From positions 13,437 to 77,436 of the forward strand of contig NZ_JADMJK010000054.1 of the NCBI RefSeq assembly GCF_018780625.1: 64,000 nucleotides of DNA, in the 5' to 3' direction. This DNA is from Polaromonas sp. Its GTDB lineage: Bacteria; Pseudomonadota; Gammaproteobacteria; Burkholderiales; Burkholderiaceae_C. The notes beneath the pieces are model-generated. The model had not been told where the DNA came from, ran no database searches, and was given only the letters and a program-made list of their open reading frames with translations. The first letter of the stretch is position 1. Every line of letters begins with the position of its first letter. The position numbers were made by a program, and so were the translations under genes. Below are positions 10,269-19,700 of the stretch, one piece after another.

Positions 10269-10398
10269 GGAGGTCTCCTGAGTAATGTGGGCGCGGCTTG
10301 TGAGGCCGCGAAGGGCTTGCCAGAACCGCGATCAACACACCCCAGAGAAAATCCAGGAGATCGAAAACAGGTTCAGACGTGCGACATCATGCCAAGTT

Positions 10399-10423
10399 TA
10401 GTCATATTTTGCAAATGTGTTTA
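10399..10423. promoter_or_regulatory. Degenerate TRWAC-N15-GTWYA site upstream of the amidohydrolase operon
   Basis: TAGTC-atattttgcaaatgt-GTTTA; the minus strand reads ATAAAGTTAAACACATTT, similar to ATTAAATTGAACACATTT at 14852. Confidence 0.5.
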
Positions 10424-10488
10424 ACTTTATTAAAATTTGCATGTTGAAGGCCTCCACATCACCTGCTAATTCCCCCTGACCGGCTCGT

Positions 10489-11262
10489 TCAGCGCCGGGC
10501 CAGTCCCCCACCGCCACGGCGCAGCGACTCGACCAGCCGTGCGATGCGCCTGGGCATGGCTCGCCGGTCGGAGTCGTCACCGATCAGGTGTTCACTGAGC
10601 ATGAAGCGCACGATCAGCTCGCAGATCAACTCGCGATCGAGCTTGGAATCGAGGCGTTCATCCCAGGCATCGAACACCGGGCCGAGAAGGTCCTGAAAGC
10701 GAACCACGGCATCGTGAAAGATGCGCTTGAAAAACTTCAGCGCGAACTCCGGCGCCACCAGCAGCATGCGCCGCGAACGGCCGCTTGCCAGGTAGGCATC
10801 GACAAATTCGACCATCGTGGCGAACCGCTGATCCGGGTCGGTGCAGGGCGTCAGGGCTTCCGTCAGCGACTTGTGAAAATTCTCTCGCCTGTGCCTGGAA
10901 AACGCGTCGAGCAGTTCCTCCTGGGAGGCGAAGTAGCGATAGAAAGTCCCGCGCGACACGCCCGCCGTATTGCAGACCTCCAGGATGGAGATGCGATCTG
11001 CGCCCGATTTGAGAATCACCTCCTCGGTGGCCATGAGGATGTTGTCAACGGTTTGCTCGGAGCGGCGGTTGCCGCGTCGGCGCCGGGTTTCAATCGAAAT
11101 CACGGCGGTTTCGGCCGGCTCTGCAGCCGTGACATCTGCGCTGCCCAAGGCTTTGGATGCCCGTGTTTCCATCGGCACCACGACAGGCGGCACAGGCTTG
11201 ATCAGGGTTGCTGACCGGGTCTTCGGTTTGCTCACAACACGCTTGAGGGTTGGACTGTTCAT
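10489..11262 (-). CDS. TetR family regulator with N-terminal extension, DitK-like
   Basis: HTH ISILEVCNTAGVSRGTFYRYFASQEEL; divergent from the CoA ligase. Confidence 0.9.
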   Translation of the reverse strand: MNSPTLKRVVSKPKTRSATLIKPVPPVVVPMETRASKALGSADVTAAEPAETAVISIETRRRRGNRRSEQTVDNILMATEEVILKSGADRISILEVCNTAGVSRGTFYRYFASQEELLDAFSRHRRENFHKSLTEALTPCTDPDQRFATMVEFVDAYLASGRSRRMLLVAPEFALKFFKRIFHDAVVRFQDLLGPVFDAWDERLDSKLDRELICELIVRFMLSEHLIGDDSDRRAMPRRIARLVESLRRGGGGLARR

Positions 11263-11335
11263 TGGTTTCTTTCCTTAAAAAATTGTTTTGGAATACGGTC
11301 TAGGGTTTCCCCGTAGATGTTTAACGGCATATCGA

Positions 11336-11359
11336 TAATAGAATTTGATTCTTCTATTA
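11336..11359. promoter_or_regulatory. AT-rich inverted repeat / AGAA-N5-TTCT site between TetR and the CoA ligase
   Basis: TAATAGAA-tttgattc-TTCTATTA, containing AGAA-TTTGA-TTCT. Confidence 0.5.
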
Positions 11360-11404
11360 GAATTATTGAGGCTTCCCTCAATGCTTTTAGCGAGAGGATG
11401 ACAG

Positions 11405-13033
11405 ATGGGCACTGGAAATTTGGATTCATGGTCGCTCGGTGAACAAGACACCGTGATCGCCGCACTCGAACGCGCTGTGATGGCGCATCCTGAGCGGGTT
11501 TTGCTCGATTTTTCGGGGGAACTGTACACATATCGACAAGTTGATGAACTTTCGACTCGTCTGGCTAATTCTCTGGCCGTATTGGGCATTCAGGCGGGTC
11601 AAACCGTCGTCACGATGCTGGACAACAACATCGACGCGGTGATTTCCTGGCTGGCCGTGAACAAGTTGTGCGCCGTGCATGTGCCGATCAACACAGCGCT
11701 GCGCGGTGACTTTTTGCGCCACCAGATCGCAGATGCCGGCGCCGCGCTGGTGATCTGCGAAGCGGGCTATGTCGAGCGCATTGGCCTGGTCGCGCATCTG
11801 CTGGCCGAGGTCAGGCAGGTGCTGCATCGCGGCGCCAGCCTTGAGGCCTCCTGTGGCGCCGTGCCGCTGGCCGCGCTCGACGCGCACCGCGGCAGCGACG
11901 ACACGCCCCTGCCCACCAAGCCGAACCCCTGGGAACTGGCCAGCCTGATCTACACCTCGGGCACCACCGGACCGTCCAAGGGCTGCATGATCAGCTACAA
12001 CTTCATGTGCAACCTGGCGCGCCTGCAACTGCGTGCCGGACCAGCGACCGCCGAAGACGTGACGATCACCCCGCTGCCGCTGTTTCACATGAATGCGCTG
12101 GCGGTCGGCATCATTTCGAACATCCTGGTCGGCGCCCGGGTCGCCATCATTCCGCGCTTTTCGGTGTCCAATTTCTGGCCCGAGGTCGAGCGCAGCGGCG
12201 CAACCATCGCGTCGATTCTCGGCGGCATGGGCGGCTTGCTGGCCAATGCGCCCGACACCGAGGCGGCCAAGCGCTGTTTCGGCCAGATTCATACAGTGCG
12301 CGGCAATCCATTCACCGAAGAGAACAAGAATATCTGGCGTGAGCGTTTTGGCGCCAAACTGGTCGGCGGCAACGGCTACGGCCTGACCGAGGCCTGCGTC
12401 ATTACCTCGCTGGCGGCTGGGAACCCTGCCGCGCCGGGTTCGTCGGGCAAGCGCATTCCCGATTTCGACGTGCGCATCGTTGACGACCTGGATCGTGAAG
12501 TGCCAGCCAATACCGCCGGCGAAATCGTCTGCCGTCCGCAGCGCCCGGACATCATGTTCATGGGCTACTGGCGGCGTCCGGAAGACACGCTCAAGCTGAT
12601 GCGCAACATGTGGTTTCATACGGGCGATATTGGAAAATTCGACGACGAGGGGTTTTTCTACTTCGTGGACCGCAAGAAAGACTATTTGCGCCGGCGCGGG
12701 GAAAACATCTCGAGCTTTGAGATGGAGTCGGCCTTTGCCAACCACCCCGATATTGCCGAGGTGGCGGTTCACGCGGTTCCTTCCGACAAAGGCGAGGATG
12801 ACGTGAAGGTCACCGCCATCCTCAATTCGGGTTCCACGCTGACGCATGAGGCTTTGTTCCATTGGTCCACCAACGCTGTTCCTTACTACGCGCTGCCGCG
12901 CTATATCGAGTTCCGGGACACCCTGCCGAAGAATCCGCAAGGCCGCATCTTGAAATACCAGTTGCGCGACGAAGGCAAGACACCCACCACCTGGGACCTG
13001 GAGGCGACCGACATCAAGGTCGCCAAACGCTGA
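11405..13033 (+). CDS. Acyl-CoA ligase (CaiC-like), DitJ-like
   Basis: YTSGTTGPSKG, YGLTE, WFHTGD, DRKKD...RRRGENIS, LPKNPQGRILK. Confidence 0.95.
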   Translation: MGTGNLDSWSLGEQDTVIAALERAVMAHPERVLLDFSGELYTYRQVDELSTRLANSLAVLGIQAGQTVVTMLDNNIDAVISWLAVNKLCAVHVPINTALRGDFLRHQIADAGAALVICEAGYVERIGLVAHLLAEVRQVLHRGASLEASCGAVPLAALDAHRGSDDTPLPTKPNPWELASLIYTSGTTGPSKGCMISYNFMCNLARLQLRAGPATAEDVTITPLPLFHMNALAVGIISNILVGARVAIIPRFSVSNFWPEVERSGATIASILGGMGGLLANAPDTEAAKRCFGQIHTVRGNPFTEENKNIWRERFGAKLVGGNGYGLTEACVITSLAAGNPAAPGSSGKRIPDFDVRIVDDLDREVPANTAGEIVCRPQRPDIMFMGYWRRPEDTLKLMRNMWFHTGDIGKFDDEGFFYFVDRKKDYLRRRGENISSFEMESAFANHPDIAEVAVHAVPSDKGEDDVKVTAILNSGSTLTHEALFHWSTNAVPYYALPRYIEFRDTLPKNPQGRILKYQLRDEGKTPTTWDLEATDIKVAKR

Positions 13034-13052
13034 TCCAAAACCAGGCACTGTC

Positions 13053-13076
13053 AACGGGACCTTCGGGTCCCGTTTT
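13053..13076 (+). terminator. Rho-independent terminator
   Basis: AACGGGACC-TTCG-GGTCCCGTT hairpin running into TTTT, 20 nt after the ligase stop. Confidence 0.85.
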
Positions 13077-13159
13077 CATGGCGTGCGCACTTTGTTCATG
13101 GTGTTTCAACGCAATCACGGCCTCCCCTGTTTTTAATCTGGCCAGGCCAAATTCAATTC

Positions 13160-13215
13160 ATTAAATTGAACATATTTTCATGTATCGTACACTTTAAGAC
13201 AAGAAATATCAGCAA
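13160..13215 (+). promoter_or_regulatory. Duplicated promoter/operator block, copy A
   Basis: 50/56 identical to 14852-14907; TTGAAC-N16-TACACT overlapped by TGAAC-N15-GTACA. Confidence 0.75.
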
Positions 13216-13268
13216 TTTAATGCCCGGAATTCGATTACAGCCGCTTTCACCCTATATTGGAAAACCGC

Positions 13269-13991
13269 ATGGAATTACGTGACAAGGTCGCGATCATCAC
13301 TGGCGCATCTTCGGGGATTGGCGAAGCCATTGCCCGCAAACTGAGCGCTGAGGGCGTCAGGCTGGTGATCACCGCCCGGCGCGAAGACCGGCTGAAAGCC
13401 CTGTCTGCCGAATTGCCAGGCCCTTGCGTTTACCTGCCGGCGGCAATCGAACTGCCGCAGACGCCCCAGGCTCTGCTGGACCTGGCGCTGTCAAGCTACG
13501 GACGTGTCGATATCCTGGTCAACAACGCCGGCATGTTCGTGGCCGGTTCGCTCGACACCATCGACCTCGACGCGCTGGCGCAAATGACGCGGGTCAATTT
13601 CGATGCGGTGGTGCGCGCATCCTATCTGTTTGCACGCGGCTTCAAGCAGCAGAAGGCGGGCGCGATTGTCAATGTCTCCAGCATCGGCGCCTACCTCAGC
13701 TCATCGTCGGTCGGCGTCTACAGCGGGCTCAAGCATGCGCTGGAAATCTTCACTTCGGCGCTGCGCGTGGAACTCAAGGGGTCGGGCGTGCGGGTCGGCA
13801 CGATTGCACCGGGCACCACTGATACCGAAATCTTCGACCACATGCGCGCCCGGGGTGAAACGGTGCGGGCCGACCAGACGCCGCAGCTGGACCCGGCCGA
13901 TATTGCCGCCGCAGTCCATTTCATGCTGGCGCAACCCGAGCGGGCCAACGTCGCGCGCCTGCTGCTGGTCTCGTCGGCGGAATCGGTATAA
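13269..13991 (+). CDS. Short-chain dehydrogenase/reductase
   Basis: [20 protein letters not shown]. Confidence 0.92.
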   Translation: MELRDKVAIITGASSGIGEAIARKLSAEGVRLVITARREDRLKALSAELPGPCVYLPAAIELPQTPQALLDLALSSYGRVDILVNNAGMFVAGSLDTIDLDALAQMTRVNFDAVVRASYLFARGFKQQKAGAIVNVSSIGAYLSSSSVGVYSGLKHALEIFTSALRVELKGSGVRVGTIAPGTTDTEIFDHMRARGETVRADQTPQLDPADIAAAVHFMLAQPERANVARLLLVSSAESV

Positions 13992-14038
13992 GTCCTCCGC
14001 TTGCGGCAAGTGGCGTCAAGAAAAGACGAGGAAAGCTT

Positions 14039-14839
14039 TCAATATTCCCGTACCGGGACATTGGCCGGCCGCGAGTTATAGCCTGGCAGATGCAGGCCAC
14101 CATCCACATGCAGCGTCTCGCCGGTAACGAAGCGCGACATTTCGCTGGAAAGAAACACCACGGCCGGGCCGATGTCCAGTTCAGGGTCGCCCGAGCGCCC
14201 TAGGGGACGCGCTGCTGCCGAGCGTTCGGCAAAACCGGGGTTCTCGGCCGCCAGCTTGTGAAAGGTGGCGCCCATCGCCGTCGGTGCAATCGCGTTGACA
14301 GTGATGTTGAAGCGGCCCCATTCCGAAGCCGCGCTGCGCGTCAGGCCAACGATGCCGGCCTTGGCGGTGTTGTAGTCCGCATGCAGCCAGGCGCCGGTTT
14401 CAGTGTCGATGGAATAAAAATTGACGATGCGGCCCCAGCACTGCTTGCGCATGTGCGGCATCGCCGCGCGCATGGCCCACCAGGAAGCCCACAGCGACGA
14501 GGTCAGGGTTTTTTCCAGCATCTCGTCGGTCTTGTCCTCCAGCAGCACATTGGGCGTCGGAATGAAGGCGTTGTTCACCAGAATGTCCAGGCGGCCAAAC
14601 TGGTCCACGCTGGCCTGCACCACCGCTTCGATGGAGGCCTTGCTCGTGACATCGGTCTTGACGAACAGCGCGCGGCCGCCAAGCGCCTTGATTTCCTGCT
14701 CGACCTGGGCGCCGGTGGCCTCGTCAATTTCCGCGATCACCACGGTCGCGCCTTCGCGTGCAAAGGCCAGTGCAACGCCGCGTCCGATGCCGCCGCCGGC
14801 GCCGGTGATGATTGCAATCCTGTTTTCAAGCAATGCCAT
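14039..14839 (-). CDS. Short-chain dehydrogenase/reductase (ditI position)
   Basis: TGAGGGIG, NNA, YNTAK, TGETLHVDGG; start MALLEN at 14839. Confidence 0.92.
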   Translation of the reverse strand: MALLENRIAIITGAGGGIGRGVALAFAREGATVVIAEIDEATGAQVEQEIKALGGRALFVKTDVTSKASIEAVVQASVDQFGRLDILVNNAFIPTPNVLLEDKTDEMLEKTLTSSLWASWWAMRAAMPHMRKQCWGRIVNFYSIDTETGAWLHADYNTAKAGIVGLTRSAASEWGRFNITVNAIAPTAMGATFHKLAAENPGFAERSAAARPLGRSGDPELDIGPAVVFLSSEMSRFVTGETLHVDGGLHLPGYNSRPANVPVREY

Positions 14840-14851
14840 GCGAAATCCCAT

Positions 14852-14907
14852 ATTAAATTGAACACATTTAGATGTATCGTACACTTTAAGGCAAGAAGTG
14901 TCAGCAA
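14852..14907 (+). promoter_or_regulatory. Duplicated promoter/operator block, copy B
   Basis: 50/56 identical to 13160-13215; lies between divergent SDR and DUF2889 genes. Confidence 0.75.
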
Positions 14908-14977
14908 CACTTTGCTTAAATGACCGCTCCATGGCGCGCTCCCGCGTCTTTGGAAGCGCAACCGGGACTTCCATCTC

Positions 14978-15745
14978 ATGTTCAGACGCCGCATCATCCT
15001 CAGCAGTCGATTCAGACCCGCGCAAACCCGGGTGCGCGCCGTCCTTGAAGACGACTTTCACCACTTCCGGGTCGAGCTTGTGAGCATCGACGGAATGGTT
15101 TCGAACATCAGCGCAAGCGCCCCGCGACGCCCCTATTCGCTTTGCGGCATGGCGGTGGAAAAACTTGACCTGCTGTTGGGAATGAAGCTCTCGCCCATTG
15201 CCCACGAGGTCACCCGCGTCACCGACCCGACGGAACAATGCACGCACCTGTTTGAATTGACTGGCCTGGCCATCGCCGCGGCTGCGCGCGGCACGGCGCG
15301 GCGCCAGTACGACATCGAGGTGCCACGGCGGGTGGAACTGCGCACACAGGCGCGTCTCTTGCGCGACGGTGTTCCTTTCCTTGCCTGGGATGTGCTCGAT
15401 ACCGTGATCCAGGGGCCGGCGCCCTATGCCGGCATGGACCTGTACCTGGGCATGGCGCGCTGGGCGCTGGCAACGCTGCCGCCGGAGGAAGCCGAAGCCG
15501 CGCTGGTGCTGCGGCGCGCCACGGGAATTTCCAAGGGGCGCGGCATGAACCTGGATGCGCAAGTCCATGCCAGCCCCAACGCGCATTGCTTCTCCCAGCA
15601 GCCACAACGGGCCATGCAGGCGCTGCGCATGATAGGTTCGACCTGGGACTTTGCCGACACCCCTGAGCGTTTGTGCCTGGATGACCAGGAATGGCTCGCA
15701 TTCAGCGATGCTGATGACGTTGCCGCTGGCCGCGCGACGCAATGA
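14978..15745 (+). CDS. DUF2889-family protein
   Basis: EDDFHHF, PYSLC, QCTHLFEL and C-terminal HCFS pattern matching DUF2889 as I recall it. Confidence 0.7.
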   Translation: MFRRRIILSSRFRPAQTRVRAVLEDDFHHFRVELVSIDGMVSNISASAPRRPYSLCGMAVEKLDLLLGMKLSPIAHEVTRVTDPTEQCTHLFELTGLAIAAAARGTARRQYDIEVPRRVELRTQARLLRDGVPFLAWDVLDTVIQGPAPYAGMDLYLGMARWALATLPPEEAEAALVLRRATGISKGRGMNLDAQVHASPNAHCFSQQPQRAMQALRMIGSTWDFADTPERLCLDDQEWLAFSDADDVAAGRATQ

Positions 15746-15753
15746 ACAGCGCC

Positions 15754-15782
15754 AAAAGAAAACGACCCCCGCAGGGGTTGTT
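15754..15782 (-). terminator. Rho-independent terminator between convergent genes
   Basis: AACGACCCC-CGCA-GGGGTTGTT hairpin, with the A-tract on + giving a U-tract on the minus strand. Confidence 0.65.
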
Positions 15783-15808
15783 GACGCGGCCATGGAGGCG
15801 AGACAAAA

Positions 15809-16375
15809 CTATAGAAAAATCGCCAGGTTCGGCGTTCCCAGCACGGCCTGGTCGAGGATGATCTCGCGCCGCGCCAGCTTGAAGGTGTCGCCGCTCTGGC
15901 GCAGCACGTCATGCCGCTCGCCGCTGATCAGGTCGAAATCGTCGAAATTGAAACGGCTGCGGGTGATCAGCATGTAGCTGCGAACCTTGAACTCGTCGGG
16001 CTTGTCCGTGGCTTCCACGCGCACGTTGGTCACCAGGCGGCGCGTGCGCGACGGCGGGTCTTCAGCCCAGGCGCTTTTGGTGCCCGTCAGGCGCATGATG
16101 CGGCCCATGATCGAGCGGTAGTCGTCGTGGTAGTGCTGCATGGTCCGGATCACGCTGTCAGCCTGGTGGGCCATCGGCCTTGTCTGGCGCAGCGGGGCGG
16201 CATACACCAGGTCTTCAGCCAGGGTGGCGGCCCAGTCCTTCAGCCGGATTTCGTCCAGCATGCAGGCTTCATCGTAAAGAAATTCGACCACCTGGTTATA
16301 GAGGGGCGAGCCGATGGGCACGCGCTGCGTTTTGACCTCGGCCGAAGCCGGGAGGCGTTCTGTTACTTCGCTCAT
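15809..16375 (-). CDS. ditA2: Aromatic ring-hydroxylating dioxygenase beta subunit
   Basis: FLYDEACMLD, WAEDPPSRTRRLVTNV, LARREIILDQ, NLAIFL. Symbol assigned by synteny and recalled similarity. Confidence 0.9.
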   Translation of the reverse strand: MSEVTERLPASAEVKTQRVPIGSPLYNQVVEFLYDEACMLDEIRLKDWAATLAEDLVYAAPLRQTRPMAHQADSVIRTMQHYHDDYRSIMGRIMRLTGTKSAWAEDPPSRTRRLVTNVRVEATDKPDEFKVRSYMLITRSRFNFDDFDLISGERHDVLRQSGDTFKLARREIILDQAVLGTPNLAIFL

Positions 16376-16409
16376 GGGTTGTGTTCCTTGGAGATGGTGC
16401 TGCGGGCTG

Positions 16410-17810
16410 TCAATGCGAGGCTGACATCAGTTCACGCCAGTGCAGCCACCAGTGCCATTGCGTGTCGTCCTTGGTGAAGCCTTCGTTGACGATGCCCGGG
16501 CCGGGCCAGCCTTCGGGCTTTCCGGTTTCGTAAACCGCCTGGTATTTCATGGTCTGCTTCTTGCCCATCGCGCCCTTGGCGGCCAGCGTCATGTGCGGCC
16601 AGGTGTCCGAGTCGTCCTGCTCGACCATGCCCGAGGTGCCGAACAGCTGGATGGTCTGCTTGAGCATTTTTTCGCGCAGCTCGGGCGGCGCGTCCTTCTC
16701 GGCGAAGATCCAGTTGACGAACTCCAGCTTGTCCGGACCCTTGGGAACGTAGGCATGCATCGTCATCGAACCGACCACCGTGCCGTCGGCCTGCGGAATG
16801 TAGACAAAGCCGAACAGCACATTCGGGAAAATGCCGCCGACCTGAGGCGGCATCGAGGTCTGCACCTTGAGCTGATCGGCGCTCAGGTTGCGCTGGAGCT
16901 GCGGCACCATCTCGGCGGTGATGCCGACCGGCGGCAAGGCATTGAGTTTTTCTTCCGTGGAAAGCTTGTCCGGGTCCAGGCCGGTCAGGCGACGGATCTT
17001 GCGGCCCAGGTCGATGCAGCGCAAGGCGTGGCCGTGCGGCGAGCTGACCTCGACGCCGTACATCTCGGGGCTCAAGTCGCCGCCGCCGCTCTCGCCTTCG
17101 CCTTTTTTGGAATAGGCGCCGATCTCGCCAAGCCAGCGGTGCAGCGTCAGCGTGTGGTAGCCGTCAGCCGCCGACTGCTCGCCAGCGGCTTTCCAGTTGG
17201 CGCGCACGGTGAAGCGCTGCGGCGGGCCGAGGACTTCCATGCCCTTGTCCGTGCGACAGAACAGCATGTCGTAATACCACTTGGTATCGCCCAGGAACTC
17301 CTCAAAGGAAGGACCTTCGATGTTCCAGGTGGCGAAGATCAGTCCGCCATACAGCGACACCCGGGCCCGCGTCAAGCCCAGCTGCTCTTTGGTCATGATC
17401 TTGCCGTGCATGCATTCCTTCTCGACCGGAGCGGCCAGAAAGGCGCCGTTCGGGCGAAACGCCCAGCCGTGGTAGATGCAGGTGTGGATTTGCGTGTTGC
17501 CCGCGTCCAGCGTCGAGATACGCATGCCGCGGTGCGAGCAGACGTTGAGCAGAACATTCACGTCGCCGGTCTTGTCGCGCGTGACCAGCACCGAGTCGGA
17601 CCCCAGGTCGCGGACCATGAAATCGCCCGACTTGGGAATCTCGGATTCATGACCGAGAAGGATCCAGGTCTTGCCGAAAATTCGCTCCATCTCTAACTCG
17701 TAAAGTTCAGGGTCGGACAGGGCGCGCATCTGAACCTCTCGGGTCGCGATGTTCACCAGGTCGGCAGCCTTGGTTCCATCCGCCAACGTGGGACTGGTCT
17801 GGGTAAGCAT
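16410..17810 (-). CDS. ditA1: Rieske ring-hydroxylating dioxygenase alpha subunit (DitA1/IpfA-like)
   Basis: CSHRG...CIYHGW Rieske ligands; NWK...DGYHTLTLH and EQDD iron ligands; AGGAGA RBS. Family is certain; symbol is by synteny. Confidence 0.92.
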   Translation of the reverse strand: MLTQTSPTLADGTKAADLVNIATREVQMRALSDPELYELEMERIFGKTWILLGHESEIPKSGDFMVRDLGSDSVLVTRDKTGDVNVLLNVCSHRGMRISTLDAGNTQIHTCIYHGWAFRPNGAFLAAPVEKECMHGKIMTKEQLGLTRARVSLYGGLIFATWNIEGPSFEEFLGDTKWYYDMLFCRTDKGMEVLGPPQRFTVRANWKAAGEQSAADGYHTLTLHRWLGEIGAYSKKGEGESGGGDLSPEMYGVEVSSPHGHALRCIDLGRKIRRLTGLDPDKLSTEEKLNALPPVGITAEMVPQLQRNLSADQLKVQTSMPPQVGGIFPNVLFGFVYIPQADGTVVGSMTMHAYVPKGPDKLEFVNWIFAEKDAPPELREKMLKQTIQLFGTSGMVEQDDSDTWPHMTLAAKGAMGKKQTMKYQAVYETGKPEGWPGPGIVNEGFTKDDTQWHWWLHWRELMSASH

Positions 17811-17857
17811 GTAAGGGTCTCCTTTAGATCCGCCCTCTGCTGGGCGAACTCTAAATA

Positions 17858-17882
17858 TAAACACTTTCCTATTCAATGTACA
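17858..17882. promoter_or_regulatory. TRWAC-N15-GTWYA site upstream of the dioxygenase
   Basis: TAAAC-actttcctattcaat-GTACA, about 48 nt upstream of the start codon. Confidence 0.65.
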
Positions 17883-18190
17883 CAAAATATCAAGATTTCT
17901 CTTGTTACGCCCTGTTTTTGGGAGTTTCAGGGCGTAGTGCAGCTGATTTTCACCCCAGCTCAACCCTTCAAATTAGCGTAAACCCTTAAATGGCAAGGCA
18001 TTCTGTTTACCGGTCAATCGAGACCTTGAAACAGGAAACCGAATTCTTGCCTTGTCGGCACCCTCTGATCCCATAGGGGATTCGTTTATTCGTTTGATTT
18101 TCAGCAGGCATCGACATGGCCTTGATCACGGGGCCTAGCCAATGCGCCTGAATGCAGGTTGATGCCATTGAAGTGATGGAAAAATCTAAT

Positions 18191-18223
18191 AAAGTAAACG
18201 TTTTAAGACAATGTGTTTACTTT
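18191..18223. promoter_or_regulatory. Extended TRWAC-N15-GTWYA site upstream of the MFS gene
   Basis: AAAGTAAAC-N15-GTTTACTTT, a perfect 9-bp inverted repeat. Confidence 0.7.
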
Positions 18224-18254
18224 GGTGCTAACCTCCGGGAAAACCATCGCGTCA

Positions 18255-19502
18255 ATGACTTCCAAACCCCCTCCTTCTTCTTCCCTGCTCGCGCCCCTGG
18301 ACAACCGGATCTTTCGCATGCTCTGGCTGGCCTGGCTCGCCGGCAACATGACCATGTGGATGAACGACGTGAGCGCTTCGTGGCTGATGGCCCAGCTCAC
18401 CGAGGGGCCGATGATGGTGGCGCTGGTGCAGGCTTCGGCCAGTCTGCCGCTGTTTCTGCTCGGCCTGCCCAGCGGCGCGCTGGCCGACATGGTCAATCGC
18501 AAGCGGCTGTATGCGTTTGCCCAGTTCTGGATTGCCCTGGTGTCCGCCGCCCTGGCGGTGCTGGCCGCCGGCGGCTGGCTGACGGCGAACTGGTTGCTAC
18601 TGCTGTGTTTTGCCAACGGCATCGGTCTGGCCATGCGCTTTCCGGTGTTCTCGGCGATTGTCCCGACACTGGTGCCGCGCGAGCAATTGACGTCCGCCCT
18701 CACGCTCAATGCGCTGGCCATCAACGTGTCGCGCATAGCCGGGCCTTTGCTGGCAGGTGTGGTGATGGCTTCTTTTGGCATGGCGGCGATATTTGCGCTC
18801 AATGCCGCGCTGTCGATCCTGTCGTGCGTGCTGATCCTCAAGTCAGGGCCGAATTCTGGGCAACCCGTCCATCAGGGCGAAGGCATGTTGGCCACGATGC
18901 GCGGCGGCATGCGCTTCGTACGGCAGTCGCCCCTGATGCGCAACATCCTGCTGCGCGTCTTCGAGTTCTTCCTGCACTCCATCGGCCTGATTGCATTGCT
19001 TCCGCTGCTGGCCAAAGGGCTGAATGCCGACACCACCACCTACACGCTGCTGCTGGCCTCCTTGGGTGCGGGTGCGGTGGTGTCAGCGGTGATCCTGCCC
19101 AGGGTGTCGGACTCGGCCTCGCGTGACCGCGTGGTGGCTGTCGGCGTGGTGCTTTATGCCCTGGCCACCACGGTCGCCGCGCTTGCCCCCTCAGTCTGGG
19201 TGCTCGCGCCTGCGCTGGCCCTGTCGGGCGGGGTCTGGCTGTGCGTGGTCAATACCTTCACCATGTCAGCCCAGCTGGTGCTGCCCAACGGCATGCGTGC
19301 CCGTGGCATGGCCATTTACCAGATGGCCATCATGGGCGGCAGCGCCGTGGGTGCGGCTCTGTGGGGACAGGTCGCCACGCATTTCTCCATCAAGACGGCC
19401 TTGCTGGCCTCGGCCGCCATGAGCCTGGTGGTCCTGTGGCGCAGTCGCCATATTTCCGTGCAGGCCGAGGCGCATGTCGAACTGAAGGCCCAGGAGTCTT
19501 GA
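18255..19502 (+). CDS. MFS transporter (MFS_3 / DHA3-like; possibly DitE-like)
   Basis: PLDNRIFRMLW, GALADMVNRKRL, VSRIAGP; about 12 TM segments. Confidence 0.88.
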   Translation: MTSKPPPSSSLLAPLDNRIFRMLWLAWLAGNMTMWMNDVSASWLMAQLTEGPMMVALVQASASLPLFLLGLPSGALADMVNRKRLYAFAQFWIALVSAALAVLAAGGWLTANWLLLLCFANGIGLAMRFPVFSAIVPTLVPREQLTSALTLNALAINVSRIAGPLLAGVVMASFGMAAIFALNAALSILSCVLILKSGPNSGQPVHQGEGMLATMRGGMRFVRQSPLMRNILLRVFEFFLHSIGLIALLPLLAKGLNADTTTYTLLLASLGAGAVVSAVILPRVSDSASRDRVVAVGVVLYALATTVAALAPSVWVLAPALALSGGVWLCVVNTFTMSAQLVLPNGMRARGMAIYQMAIMGGSAVGAALWGQVATHFSIKTALLASAAMSLVVLWRSRHISVQAEAHVELKAQES

Positions 19503-19700
19503 AGTTCGCCACCCGCCCAGCGCCCGCAAGCACTGTTTGCATGCGTCCCGAAGCAACCCCTATGCATGACCTTGCTGACTGAAGAGCTGGCAGGCAGCGG
19601 CACAGCCGGCCAGTTCAATACCCAAGCCCTGCGGACCGGACCTTGCGGCTCTTGTCCATGCTGTTTCCTCGAACGCGACCGGTTTCACGCCTCTTGGTGG

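Noticed and set aside
11319-11323. GTTTA half-site in the TetR/ligase intergenic region
   Set aside because: There is no matching left half 15 nt upstream (the sequence there is TCTAG), so it was not counted as an operator.
14039-15793. 584-aa ORF suggesting an SDR fusion
   Set aside because: The SDR begins at 14839. The extension is antisense to the DUF2889 gene and crosses a promoter block.
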